A DNA stretch of 64,000 nt, taken from NCBI GenBank assembly GCA_963710605.1, contig CAVQBA010000004.1, positions 1,216,001 to 1,280,000 on the forward strand, in the 5' to 3' direction. Shown piece by piece: positions 44,350 through 54,404 of this stretch. Position 1 is the stretch's first letter. Each line of letters starts with the position of its first letter. The notes under the pieces were generated by a model that saw nothing but the letters and a program-made list of their open reading frames with translations, was not told the DNA's origin and made no database searches. Source of the DNA: an uncultured cyanobacterium (GTDB taxonomy: Bacteria; Cyanobacteriota; Cyanobacteriia; Cyanobacteriales; Cyanobacteriaceae). The position numbers and the translations under genes are program-made.

Positions 44350-45084
44350 CTATTTTGCTCTTACTAAACTTGGTTTTTGTGTCCAAAAATGTAACAAGTT
44401 TTCGCTAATTAACTCAGGTTGAAAATAATGAAAAAAGTGATCTCCAGTTGGGCATTGCCACAACCTATCTTCTGGTTTGAGTTTTGATTGCCATTTTTGC
44501 ATTTCACTCCAAGGTACAATTTTATCTTCAATACATCCTGCAATCATTAAGGGGCATTGAATAAAATCGATCGCACTTTTGGAATTACTTTGGTATAGTG
44601 AATGATTAGATAAAGAATAAGGGATTGCTTTTTCTAAAATTTTGATAAATGCAAGACGATAATGATGGCTATGACAACCAAATAAATATTTAGCTACATG
44701 GGCTAAAACTATCTCTTGACTACAATGCCAATTGTTTCGCCAAAAATAATAATAACTAAGCCAATCTACGGCTAAATTTGTACCTACTCCTAAAAGAGTT
44801 AGCGACTTTACTTTTTCGGGATATTTTTGGGCATAAAGTAAGCCTAGCAAACCACAAGTACTATGACCGACTAAATGAATTGGTTTATTTAATAAACTCA
44901 AATAATCATTTAATAAATAAACCGCTTGCTCAATTGATGTGCCTTCGTCTTCTGTTTGTTCATATTCCCAATGAGCAATATCGACAGATTTTGATAAATA
45001 TTGAATTGCCGGTAAATTAAAGCGACGCAAGTAAGGATTTGTGTTTAACCAAAGAACTTCTGGATTTTTGAACATCTTTCTCAA
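44350..45084 (-). CDS. Alpha/beta hydrolase resembling iron-stress protein IsiC
   Basis: 'HLVGHSTCG' nucleophile motif, 'GDHFFHYF'; N-terminus 'VLWLNT.P..RRFN' recalls the cyanobacterial IsiC family (from memory). Confidence 0.7.
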   Translation of the reverse strand: MRKMFKNPEVLWLNTNPYLRRFNLPAIQYLSKSVDIAHWEYEQTEDEGTSIEQAVYLLNDYLSLLNKPIHLVGHSTCGLLGLLYAQKYPEKVKSLTLLGVGTNLAVDWLSYYYFWRNNWHCSQEIVLAHVAKYLFGCHSHHYRLAFIKILEKAIPYSLSNHSLYQSNSKSAIDFIQCPLMIAGCIEDKIVPWSEMQKWQSKLKPEDRLWQCPTGDHFFHYFQPELISENLLHFWTQKPSLVRAK

Positions 45085-45175
45085 TTAGAAAATAAAAATA
45101 CAGCGATCGCAATGATAACTTTTTAAAACAAAGGGCAATTACGAATTTATTTTAAACTTAATTACCGCTTCTTAT

Positions 45176-45190
45176 TGATAAATATTATCA
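45176..45190. promoter_or_regulatory. Candidate Fur box
   Basis: TGATAAATATTATCA, a 7-1-7 inverted repeat one mismatch from TGATAATnATTATCA, about 90 bp upstream of the IsiC-like gene. Confidence 0.5.
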
Positions 45191-45362
45191 TCAACGATTT
45201 TAATAGGATAACTATTTTTAGATTTTATTGCAAGTTATTATCATTAATCTTGATTACAATCATTAAAATAATTGCAACGATCGATATTAGGTTGATTTCA
45301 AATCAAAATGCCATGAAAATGGTTAAGGATGATCACAAAATATTTATGTTTAGATTGTTTTA

Positions 45363-46169
45363 CTATTGCTTAAACTCAGTCACCAAAGTAACATTAACCC
45401 ATCTACCTTGCTCATCGTATTGTCTAATCATGCGTAATCTTTTATTCGGTTCGACTAACCAAGCAAACTCAACAAAGAAAGAATTTCGAGGTTTAATTGT
45501 GATAGGTGTGACTGAAGATGCACCATCAGGAAGTAATAAGACACGGATATCTAACTCTCCTTGACTAAAAGTGATCGCATTGCCATCTATTTGCCCTTTT
45601 GTTGTAACATTCATTTGGGGAGTGACTAATGTTTGAGACAAAGTATCACCTTGTTTTTTGATCGTTAAAGTAGTCTCATAATCATCTGTATTACGCCAAT
45701 CAGGATATAGGGTTTGGGCTTTTCCTCGCCATTCTCCTTCTAATTGTTCGATCGATAATTGTGGGCGTTCGACAGCATTGCTATTTTGTCTAAATTCCCT
45801 GATTAAAGTAACAGTTTCTAGATTACCTTTAGTATCAAATAGTTGTACTAACCGACAACGTCGATCGTTAATAATAAAACCATATTCAGCCGCAAAGATA
45901 GCATAAAGGCTAAATTGTTGCGAACCTTTAGCAAAATGACCTTCTTCAAATAAAAAGATGTTACGATTGAGATAAGTAAATTCACTAACAACAGGTTGAT
46001 TATTTTCACGAGTTAGAGTTAGTCTGAGAGTTTTATTTTCGTTAAGAGATTCAAGTCTCAATTCAGAAGGAGTATTTTTAATTTGCTCTGCTGTCGGTGA
46101 AAACTGAGTAAACGAACCGTTCCAAATACCTGTATTACTAACTAATCGTTCCCATTGAGAAATATACAT
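45363..46169 (-). CDS. DUF3598-family protein
   Basis: 'SQWERL..N.G.W.GSFT', 'LLLPDGASS', 'R.RMIRQYD..G.W...TLV.E'. Confidence 0.75.
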   Translation of the reverse strand: MYISQWERLVSNTGIWNGSFTQFSPTAEQIKNTPSELRLESLNENKTLRLTLTRENNQPVVSEFTYLNRNIFLFEEGHFAKGSQQFSLYAIFAAEYGFIINDRRCRLVQLFDTKGNLETVTLIREFRQNSNAVERPQLSIEQLEGEWRGKAQTLYPDWRNTDDYETTLTIKKQGDTLSQTLVTPQMNVTTKGQIDGNAITFSQGELDIRVLLLPDGASSVTPITIKPRNSFFVEFAWLVEPNKRLRMIRQYDEQGRWVNVTLVTEFKQ

Positions 46170-46718
46170 AATAATTGCTAAATATAATAATCTTATATGT
46201 AATTAATTTTACAATTTTTATCCACTTTAAATTAAGCAACTATTTACGATCGATTTTAAAGCACTTCCAATTAAAAATACTCATCACCATAAAATAAATA
46301 GTAAAGACAAGAGTAAAAACTATCATTCTTTAGATAGATATTGTTGCTTTGAGGCGATGTTATATTTGATACTTATAGCTTACTATTGAAAAAAATTTAA
46401 GCATTTTTAACAGAAGATAATTGCTTACTATATTTTAGTATGTATTACATTTTATTTATTACAAAAATCTTTTTATCTAATAATAATTAGTGAAATTAGA
46501 AAAATAAGCAAATAAAATTAATAATTCATAGATTAAAAAAAGCTAAATAATTTAAAAAAATAAATAAATACTTTGATATTGAGGTTTTAAACCCGTAATA
46601 AAAGGTAAAGATTAGTTACTGATTATCTATTATTTAGTTACGCATCAAAAATATTTTTAATTGTCATCGATAATTTTTTAATCATAACAGCTTGAAACAT
46701 AATAACCTTAAATAACTA

Positions 46719-48944
46719 ATGTTAAATTCGCCAAACAGTAAATCAATCGAATGGAAAAAAATTAGCGATGAAGAGGCTAAACTTGCTTCTTTATATAGTA
46801 ATAGAATTAATACTTTAAAAAAACAAAGACAAGAGTTACTAAATTCTTATAGTTTGTTAGAAGAAGAAATTAAAAGAAAACAAAAAACACAACAGGTTTT
46901 ATTGGCAACTAAAACTAATTTAAAAAAATTACTTAATTATTCTCCCTCTGTGGTTTATAGTCGACAAGCCGATCATAATTTCGGGATTACTTTTGTTAGT
47001 GATAGTATCAAACAATTTGGTTATCAACCTAATGATTTTTTACAAAACGAAGAATCATGGAAAGAATATATTCATCCTACGGACTTAGAAAACATAACTC
47101 AAAAATTATCTTTACTTAATTCGGGACAAAAAATTGTTACCGAATATCGTTTTGTGTTACCAGATGCTAGTTGTTGTTGGATTCAAGATCAATTTAACTT
47201 GGTTTATGATAGTAATGGAAAAGCGATCGAAATAATCGGTTCGTGGCATAATATTAGCGATCGTAAAAAATTTGAAGAACAACTATTTCAAGAAAAAGAA
47301 TTAGCTCAAACAACATTAGAATCGATTGGTGAGGCTGTCATCACTACAGACAGTCAAGGAAATATCCAATATCTCAATCCTGTGGCTCAAAAAATTACAG
47401 GATGGACAATTGAAGAGGCAAAAAATCTCTACTTCACTACAGTTTTCAAGACTCATGTTCAATCTTCAACCCAAATAGTCTCAGAAGTAATCGAAGATGC
47501 ATTAAAAGAAGGAAAAACAATTAGCGGCGAATGTGTTTTAACCAATCGTGATGGACAAAAATACTGCATTCATAAATCCATCGCCCCAATTCGAGATAAA
47601 GAGCAAAAAAATATTGGGATGGTCATTATTTTTCAAGACATGAGTCAAAAACATCAGTTATCAGAACAATTATTTTGGCAAGCGAATTATGATTCCTTAA
47701 CAGGATTGATGAATCGTTACTATTTTGAAGATAATCTCCAAAAAGCAGTGGTTAGTTGTCAAGCCAAAAATATCTGTCATAGTTTGTTATATTTAGACCT
47801 CGATCGTTTTAAAATTGTCAATGATACTTGTGGTCATCACGCAGGAGATGAATTGTTAAAACAATTAGGGGAAGTGCTTCAAAGCAAAATTCGTCCGCAA
47901 GATATGATTGCTCGTTTAGGGGGAGATGAGTTTGGTATTTTATTAAAACGAGCAGATTCAGTCTTTGCTCAAACCTTTGCCGAACAAATTCGTTGTGCTG
48001 TGGAAAAATTTGTCTTCTTATGGAATGATAATAGTTTTCATGTTGGTGTTAGTATTGGTTTAATAACAATCAATCGTACTTTTACACCCGCTCAAAACAT
48101 TTTAAGTTTGGTTGATAATGCTTGTTATGTTGCCAAAAACAACGGACGTAATCGAGTTTATGCTTGTCAGTTAAACGATCGACAATTACTTCAAGAAAGA
48201 AAACAAACCGAATGGATAATAAAAATTGAGCGAGCATTAAAAGAAAATCGTTTTTGTTTGTATAAACAAGCTATCGTCTCTCTTAACTCAAAAAATGGTC
48301 AAGCTGAAAAGCATTATGAAATATTATTACGAATGGTTGACAATGACCAACAAGTAATAGCACCGATGGCGTTTATTCCTTCAGCCGAACGTTATGGTTT
48401 GATGCCTAAAATCGATCGTTGGGTGATTGAGTATTTTTGTTCTGTGTATAAAAATTTATATATTTCTGATAGTCGTTTTTTTGCAATCAATCTTTCGGGT
48501 GCAAGTATCAACGATGAATTTTTGTTCGATTTTATTCAAAAGCAAATTAATACCTATCAAATTCCTGCGAATAAATTATGTTTTGAAATAACTGAAACTG
48601 TGACTATTGCTAACTTGACTAAAGCAAGTAAACTCATCAGTCAACTTAAACAACTAGGTTGTTTCATTGCTTTAGATGACTTTGGCAGTGGTATGAGTTC
48701 GTTTGGATATTTGAAAAACTTTCCTTGTGATTATCTTAAAATTGACGGTAATTTTGTTAAAGATATAGTTACTGATGCCACAGATGAAGTGATGGTAGAT
48801 TGTATCAATCGTATGGCAAAAGTAATGGGTATTAAAACTATTGCTGAATATGTAGAAAATAATGCCATCAAAAATAAACTAATAGATTTAGGTATCAATT
48901 ACGGACAAGGTTACGGTATTGATATCCCTGAAATACTTTGCTAA
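46719..48944 (+). CDS. PAS-PAS-GGDEF-EAL c-di-GMP signalling protein
   Basis: Two PAS/PAC domains, 'RLGGDEF', 'YEILLR', 'ALDDFGSG', 'AEYVE'. Confidence 0.92.
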   Translation: MLNSPNSKSIEWKKISDEEAKLASLYSNRINTLKKQRQELLNSYSLLEEEIKRKQKTQQVLLATKTNLKKLLNYSPSVVYSRQADHNFGITFVSDSIKQFGYQPNDFLQNEESWKEYIHPTDLENITQKLSLLNSGQKIVTEYRFVLPDASCCWIQDQFNLVYDSNGKAIEIIGSWHNISDRKKFEEQLFQEKELAQTTLESIGEAVITTDSQGNIQYLNPVAQKITGWTIEEAKNLYFTTVFKTHVQSSTQIVSEVIEDALKEGKTISGECVLTNRDGQKYCIHKSIAPIRDKEQKNIGMVIIFQDMSQKHQLSEQLFWQANYDSLTGLMNRYYFEDNLQKAVVSCQAKNICHSLLYLDLDRFKIVNDTCGHHAGDELLKQLGEVLQSKIRPQDMIARLGGDEFGILLKRADSVFAQTFAEQIRCAVEKFVFLWNDNSFHVGVSIGLITINRTFTPAQNILSLVDNACYVAKNNGRNRVYACQLNDRQLLQERKQTEWIIKIERALKENRFCLYKQAIVSLNSKNGQAEKHYEILLRMVDNDQQVIAPMAFIPSAERYGLMPKIDRWVIEYFCSVYKNLYISDSRFFAINLSGASINDEFLFDFIQKQINTYQIPANKLCFEITETVTIANLTKASKLISQLKQLGCFIALDDFGSGMSSFGYLKNFPCDYLKIDGNFVKDIVTDATDEVMVDCINRMAKVMGIKTIAEYVENNAIKNKLIDLGINYGQGYGIDIPEILC

Positions 48945-49159
48945 TTTATTCGTTAACTGACATTTTTTCAACCATAAATCTTTGTACCTTATCAAAGGTT
49001 ACTAGTTAGATAACCAAGGCTTTAGGCTTGAGAAAAAATATTTAAAAACATAATTCATTTATTAAATACTCTACCTTAAACAGCAGTAACAATTAAAATG
49101 ATTAATAGTTAATACTTCTTACTCATTACTCATTACTCATTACTCATTACTCATTACTT

Positions 49160-49921
49160 ATGGATTGGTTATTATATATTTGTACGGGTTTAGTTTCTGG
49201 TAGTTTGGCGGGTTTATTTGGTATTGGTGGCGGAATGGTGTTAGTAAGTAGTTTGCAAGCATTAGGTTTTAGTTACCCTCAAGCGATCGCTACTAGTAGT
49301 TTAGCCATTGTCATTACCTCCTTTGCTGGTAGTTATCAGAATATGGCGATGGGTTATCTGAAATTAAATAAAGTAATTGCCTTAGCCATTCCTGCGATGA
49401 TAACAAGTTTGATGGCGACTTACTTAGTAAATATTATTAATGAAAATATTTTACAGTTTTTATTTGCTTTATTATTGTTAACTAATATTTATCTCACTTC
49501 TTTAAAGAAAAAATTAGCTAAAAAAGAGCAAACTCCTCAACCAAAGAGTCAATTAAAACAAACTTTAGCTTTATTGTTTACAGGTGCGATCGCAGGAGTT
49601 TTAGCAGGAGTATTTGGTGTTGGCGGTGGGGTTATTTTAGTCCCCTTTCAAATGATTTTTCTCAACGAAAAAATTAAACAAGCGATACAGACTAGTTTAG
49701 GCACGATCGTTTTTACTTCCATTGCCGCTACGATCGGTCATTATTATAACGGTAATATATTATTCTCCGCAGGTATTCTCATCGGAATAGGTGGCTTAGT
49801 GGGAGCTCAATTAAGTACCCGATTTTTACCTAAAATACCCGATGATAAAGTTCGTCTAATGTTTAGTTGTTTGTTAGTTGTACTCGCTTGTTATTCATTC
49901 TATTTGTCTTTTAATAATTGA
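49160..49921 (+). CDS. Sulfite exporter TauE/SafE family
   Basis: Duplicated 'G.FG(I/V)GGG...V' and 'A..TSL' motifs; about eight TMs. Confidence 0.85.
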   Translation: MDWLLYICTGLVSGSLAGLFGIGGGMVLVSSLQALGFSYPQAIATSSLAIVITSFAGSYQNMAMGYLKLNKVIALAIPAMITSLMATYLVNIINENILQFLFALLLLTNIYLTSLKKKLAKKEQTPQPKSQLKQTLALLFTGAIAGVLAGVFGVGGGVILVPFQMIFLNEKIKQAIQTSLGTIVFTSIAATIGHYYNGNILFSAGILIGIGGLVGAQLSTRFLPKIPDDKVRLMFSCLLVVLACYSFYLSFNN

Positions 49922-49959
49922 GACATCAATAATTACCCACATTAACAATTATCCACATT

Positions 49960-49987
49960 GTAGAGACAAGGCATGCCTTGTCTCTAC
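49960..49987. repeat. Perfect 28-bp REP-like palindrome / possible bidirectional terminator
   Basis: GTAGAGACAAGGCATGCCTTGTCTCTAC between convergent genes. Confidence 0.75.
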
Positions 49988-50016
49988 GGAAAAAATAAAA
50001 AACAAAAAATAAATTA

Positions 50017-52182
50017 TCAATTATCCTTAATAATCACAACTAAAGAAGGTTTAGGAAATTGATTTGCTTTTCTAGATGGCCAATTTGAGCCTTGGGGAAT
50101 CGATCGTTTTTGGCTAAATTGTTCATTACCATCAAGAGTCAAAACAGTCATATCTTGTTGCTTGAGTGCCATATCTTTTCTCGTACCCGTTACCTCCCCT
50201 GGATGTTGTACAGCTACAAATAAACTAGTTTGGTCATTACTAAAACAAATACCACAAGGCTCAGATTCCATCGGCATAGTTGCAAAAGGATAAGCATTAC
50301 CCGCATTTTCTCCAGACAAAGGTAAATACCATAAAGCATTATTACCTAACACACCGATCGAATTACGTTGCCCATTCGCAGAAGGTTGATTAAGCATACC
50401 CCCCGGCATATCTGTCACCATCCACAAATTGCCCTGCTTGTCAAACTCCAAATTATCAGGCATCGCAAAACCTAAACCACCATTAGCAGGTTCGCCTCCT
50501 GTGGCTATTATCTGCCAATCAAAAGTCATCGATGCAGGATTATTATCAGTTTCAGTTAAACGCATGATGCAACCTAAGTCATACATATTACCATTACGAT
50601 CGCTAAAAACACGTTTGTCTGGACTACCACTACTTCCAGAAATAGCAGAAGTAAAAGCAATCACCAAAGAGCGATCAATTGGGTGCAAAGCCACATCTTC
50701 AGGGCGAGCAGTATTTGTACCACCAATTACGTTACCTGCATAATGAGCATCAATTAAAATCGCCCCTTGTATTTCTTCTGAGGTATCGCCTTGATATAAA
50801 TCTCCTAATTGACGATACTGCTGAGCAAATTGCTCTAAATCTTTTTGTTGTTTAACATTAACAAACCCTCCTTCTGTGCGATTTGGGTTCGGTATCGGTA
50901 ACATTTCCCCTGCCAAATTTTCGATCGTAATTGGTTGAATCAAAGTATCAGCTTTTAAAGGTATCCATTTACCTGTGCCGTCTGCTTCCATTCTGGCTAC
51001 ATATAACATTCCTGCTTGTAATAGTTGCGAATTAGCTTTATCCTTGGGATCAACGACTTTAGCTTGAGAAACAAACTTATATAAATGTCCGCCAGTGCGA
51101 TCGCATCCTGAATAAAAAACAGCAGGTTGATTAGTTTCAGCACTAATCGCCACCGCTTCATGACGAAAACGCCCTAACCATGTATGTTTAGTGCCGTAAT
51201 CATTCGGGTTAGCAGGATCAACTTCTACCATCCAACCATATTTATTTCCTGCCAAACCAAAAGGATTTCCTTGCCCTGTAAAATTAGATACGGGTACAAA
51301 TTCAGGAGGAAATGATGTCCCATCTGCTTTTACTGCTTCGGGTACATAATTCTGATAATTTTCTTCAGCACTAAATACTGTACCCCAAGGGGATATACCC
51401 CCCGCACAATTACCAAACGTACCGATGATTTTATCGCCTAGATTGTCGATGTAACCGATGCCTGTTTGCTTTTTAAATATTGCGGTTGCAGGACCAGTTG
51501 AGGCTAAATAACGATCGTCTTGCCAACCAGATATTCCTGTAATTCTTCGATCTTGCTCGTTATAAGTACGTTCCCATTTTCCTTTTTCGTTACGACGTAC
51601 ACTAATCACGCCAATACCTTGATCGGTTAAAATATCACCATAAAACTCTTGAAATTTGGTTTTAATTGGTTCACCATCTGCGATCGCAAAAATGTTTAAT
51701 GCTTGTTTATTTCTTCTAGCATCTTCTAACAAATTAATCACATCTCGATCGATTTGTTTACCGACAACAGTAGTGTAGCCTTCTAACCAAGGTATAGGAC
51801 TAACATACTCAAAATTGACAACTAAATAACCTTCATTCGGAGTAGTTTCAATTAAGGCTGTATAGTCGTTGTTATAACCAAAACGAGAATCACCTACTTT
51901 GTCTCCCCAACTGGCAATTAATTGATAGTTAAAACCTTCTGGTAAAACAAGATCATCTTCTACCTGAAACGATCGATAAACTTGTTTTTGTTCTTGATTA
52001 TTAAGCTGATTAAAATCTAAAGGAATCGGGTATTTAATTGGTTTAAAATTAGTAAAAGGAAGATTACCTGTTACAGTAGGTGAATTTTGGGCTTGTAAAC
52101 CACTTTTCCACATCGAACTACAAGCACTACTCGCTATTCCTAAACCTAAAAAAGTGATAAATTCTCGACGTTTGATAGCCAT
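50017..52182 (-). CDS. phoX: PhoX-family (DUF839) Tat-exported alkaline phosphatase
   Basis: Tat motif 'KRREFI', 'FGYNND', 'NCAGG.SPWGT..SAEEN', 'LGRFRHE', 'PDN', 'VQHPGE'; real start MAIKRR. Confidence 0.88.
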   Translation of the reverse strand: MAIKRREFITFLGLGIASSACSSMWKSGLQAQNSPTVTGNLPFTNFKPIKYPIPLDFNQLNNQEQKQVYRSFQVEDDLVLPEGFNYQLIASWGDKVGDSRFGYNNDYTALIETTPNEGYLVVNFEYVSPIPWLEGYTTVVGKQIDRDVINLLEDARRNKQALNIFAIADGEPIKTKFQEFYGDILTDQGIGVISVRRNEKGKWERTYNEQDRRITGISGWQDDRYLASTGPATAIFKKQTGIGYIDNLGDKIIGTFGNCAGGISPWGTVFSAEENYQNYVPEAVKADGTSFPPEFVPVSNFTGQGNPFGLAGNKYGWMVEVDPANPNDYGTKHTWLGRFRHEAVAISAETNQPAVFYSGCDRTGGHLYKFVSQAKVVDPKDKANSQLLQAGMLYVARMEADGTGKWIPLKADTLIQPITIENLAGEMLPIPNPNRTEGGFVNVKQQKDLEQFAQQYRQLGDLYQGDTSEEIQGAILIDAHYAGNVIGGTNTARPEDVALHPIDRSLVIAFTSAISGSSGSPDKRVFSDRNGNMYDLGCIMRLTETDNNPASMTFDWQIIATGGEPANGGLGFAMPDNLEFDKQGNLWMVTDMPGGMLNQPSANGQRNSIGVLGNNALWYLPLSGENAGNAYPFATMPMESEPCGICFSNDQTSLFVAVQHPGEVTGTRKDMALKQQDMTVLTLDGNEQFSQKRSIPQGSNWPSRKANQFPKPSLVVIIKDN

Positions 52183-52196
52183 AAAAATAATTGTCA

Positions 52197-52256
52197 AAAG
52201 GGCAAAGGGCAAAGGGCAAAGGGCAAAGGGCAAAGGGCAAAGGGCAAGGGGCAAAG
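52197..52256. repeat. Heptamer tandem repeat (AAAGGGC)n
   Basis: About eight units directly upstream of the phoX start. Confidence 0.9.
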
Positions 52257-52273
52257 GTAATTTTAAAAATAGC

Positions 52274-52384
52274 TTGAACTACCATTAAAATCCAATACGC
52301 CTATCAAAGGAGTATCCCCCCCATCCCCCCTTATCGAAGGGGGGAGATTCGGGGCTTTAAACCCTTGATTTTTTGGTAATTCAA
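52274..52384. repeat. MITE-like element; truncated second copy at 38498-38547
   Basis: Terminal IR TTGAACTACCA/TGGTAATTCAA, core CCCCCCTT..AAGGGGGG; 52278-52327 matches 38498-38547 with one mismatch. Confidence 0.65.
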
Positions 52385-52863
52385 AAGTAAGGTAATTATA
52401 GATTATTAAATAATTATAATAATTTCTATCCAAAATTTGAAATATTTATTTAATATTTGAAGTTCTCAGTTATTTCTTGATAAAAATAAGATATATTATT
52501 TATTTTTTAGTATAAATATTTATGAACTTTAATCTACTATTTAAACGATCGTATTACGGTCAAATAATAATATTTGCATAATTGATTTAATCTCTATCAA
52601 TAACTAGCTTAGAGAGCCAAATAAATTGATTTGATATCTTACATTATATAACGAATATTTAGTTTAGTAATCATTATATTTTCTTTACTTTAAATTAATC
52701 TAATGTTAACTTTTAGTTAAAGTAAAATGGATAGATAATTATCATAATATTAGAGCAAAAAAACTTAAATATTTGTTGGCAAAATAATTCTAATCAATAA
52801 TTAGGTAAAGATAATTTTTAAATTCAGACAAAAACTTTAATTTTACTTGATAAAGTTCGCTTA

Positions 52864-52892
52864 GTAAGGGTTTAGCAGTGCCAAACCCTTAC
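52864..52892. terminator. REP-like hairpin downstream of dnaN
   Basis: GTAAGGGTTT...AAACCCTTAC inverted repeat. Confidence 0.55.
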
Positions 52893-52928
52893 GCAATTAA
52901 TGATTAACGCTTAATTTACTAATAACGA

Positions 52929-54119
52929 CTAATCCCGAATCTGTACAGGCATAATCAAGTAAGTCATTTGTAAACCACTTAGGGGAGTGATAATAACGGG
53001 TTGAGTTGGATTATTAAAATTAAATTTAATCTCATTAGCCGATATTGCTTTCAAGCCATCCATCAAATAGCGAATATTAAAACCAATCTCAAAATCATCA
53101 CCAATAATTTCTGCTTCAATTGATTCGGTTGCATTACCTAATTCTTTGGCTTCTACAGAAACAACCACTTGTTTATCTTCGGTATTTAAGTTAAATTTAA
53201 CTAAGTTATTTTTTTGATCAGTTAAAACCGAAACTCTCTCTAAACTATCAATTAAAGTTCTACGCTCTATAACCATCGATCGTTCAAACTCTTGAGGAAT
53301 TAATTGATTATAATTAGGATAAGCACCATCTAACTTACGACTAGTCAAATGCTGAGTGCCTAACTCAAAAACAACTTGCCCTTCATCTACATATAAAGCA
53401 ATCTCATTTTCTTCCTTACTCATTGTCATCATTTTTTCTAATTCCCTCAAAGCACGTGCGGGAATCGTGATGGTAAAATTTTGCTCGGTAGTAGCAGTTG
53501 GTTTCTGGTTTTGCTCATCATCATCACCATCACCATCATCCTCATTTTGCTCACTAGTTTTTACCACCGCTAAACGATGCCCGTCGGTGGCGGCAAATTC
53601 CAAATCATCCATATCACGGGTTAGGTGTATTCCTGTTAATATTTGCTTCGTCTCATCACTACTTGCAGCAAATAAAGAACTTTTTAAACCTTCAGATAAA
53701 GCAGGGATACTTAATAATAATGCTTCATCTTTTTCGACGATAGGTAACTCGGGATATTCATCAGCAATTACTCCTCTTAACTGAAATTTGCCTGATAATG
53801 AATTTAAAGTTACGATCGGGTTATCTGCTAATTTTTCTTCATCATAATCTAAAGCGACTTGCCCTTCAGGTAAACGAGTGACAATATCATTAAAAAGTTT
53901 GGCAGGTAAAGTTATCACTCCTCCTTCTTCAACCTCAGCACTGAAAGTTGTCCGCATACCCAAACTTAAATCGAATCCGGTAAGGGTAACTAAGTTTTTG
54001 TCTTCGTCGGCTATCAATAATACGTTGGCTAAAATTGGATGTGTAGGGCGAGAAGGTACAGCACGAATTATTAATGATAAGTTATTGTTAAGATCTATTT
54101 GCGAACAAACTATTTTCAC
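52929..54119 (-). CDS. dnaN: DNA polymerase III beta sliding clamp
   Basis: 'PSRPTHPILANVL', 'ATDGHRL', 'YPNY..LIP', 'YLIMPVQIR'. Confidence 0.95.
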   Translation of the reverse strand: MKIVCSQIDLNNNLSLIIRAVPSRPTHPILANVLLIADEDKNLVTLTGFDLSLGMRTTFSAEVEEGGVITLPAKLFNDIVTRLPEGQVALDYDEEKLADNPIVTLNSLSGKFQLRGVIADEYPELPIVEKDEALLLSIPALSEGLKSSLFAASSDETKQILTGIHLTRDMDDLEFAATDGHRLAVVKTSEQNEDDGDGDDDEQNQKPTATTEQNFTITIPARALRELEKMMTMSKEENEIALYVDEGQVVFELGTQHLTSRKLDGAYPNYNQLIPQEFERSMVIERRTLIDSLERVSVLTDQKNNLVKFNLNTEDKQVVVSVEAKELGNATESIEAEIIGDDFEIGFNIRYLMDGLKAISANEIKFNFNNPTQPVIITPLSGLQMTYLIMPVQIRD

Positions 54120-54404
54120 GGTTTTTCAATTCCTTTGGTTAATATTCTTAGTTCTATTGTACTAAAAAATAAGCTATTTTAATAGGCGATAGACAGTATG
54201 ATAACCGATTTGAAAATTAAAAGTCAAAATTTCACCTCCTCAGCAGTGACCTTTAGTTTAATCTGTTAAGAATAGGTAATTTAGTTGATAATGAACAATT
54301 GACAATTGACAGTTGACGGTTGAAAATTAAAAAGACTTCTTCTTCTGTCTTACTTTTTATCTAATTTATTCTTCATCCTTCATTTTTGATTCTTAACTTT
54401 TTTT

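Noticed and set aside
49933-49957. DnaA boxes TTACCCACA and TTATCCACA as oriC
   Set aside because: Only two boxes in a short gap between convergent genes, with no dnaA nearby; insufficient evidence.
52929-54119. Functional linkage between dnaN and the clamp-motif TnpB based on proximity
   Set aside because: They are about 9 kb apart with unrelated genes between, so proximity is probably coincidental.
53356-54165. Antisense or overlapping ORFs (e.g. 773-970, 8624-8917, 19732-20055, 45175-45564, 50429-50743, 53356-53784)
   Set aside because: They are shadow frames of well-supported genes with no recognisable motifs.
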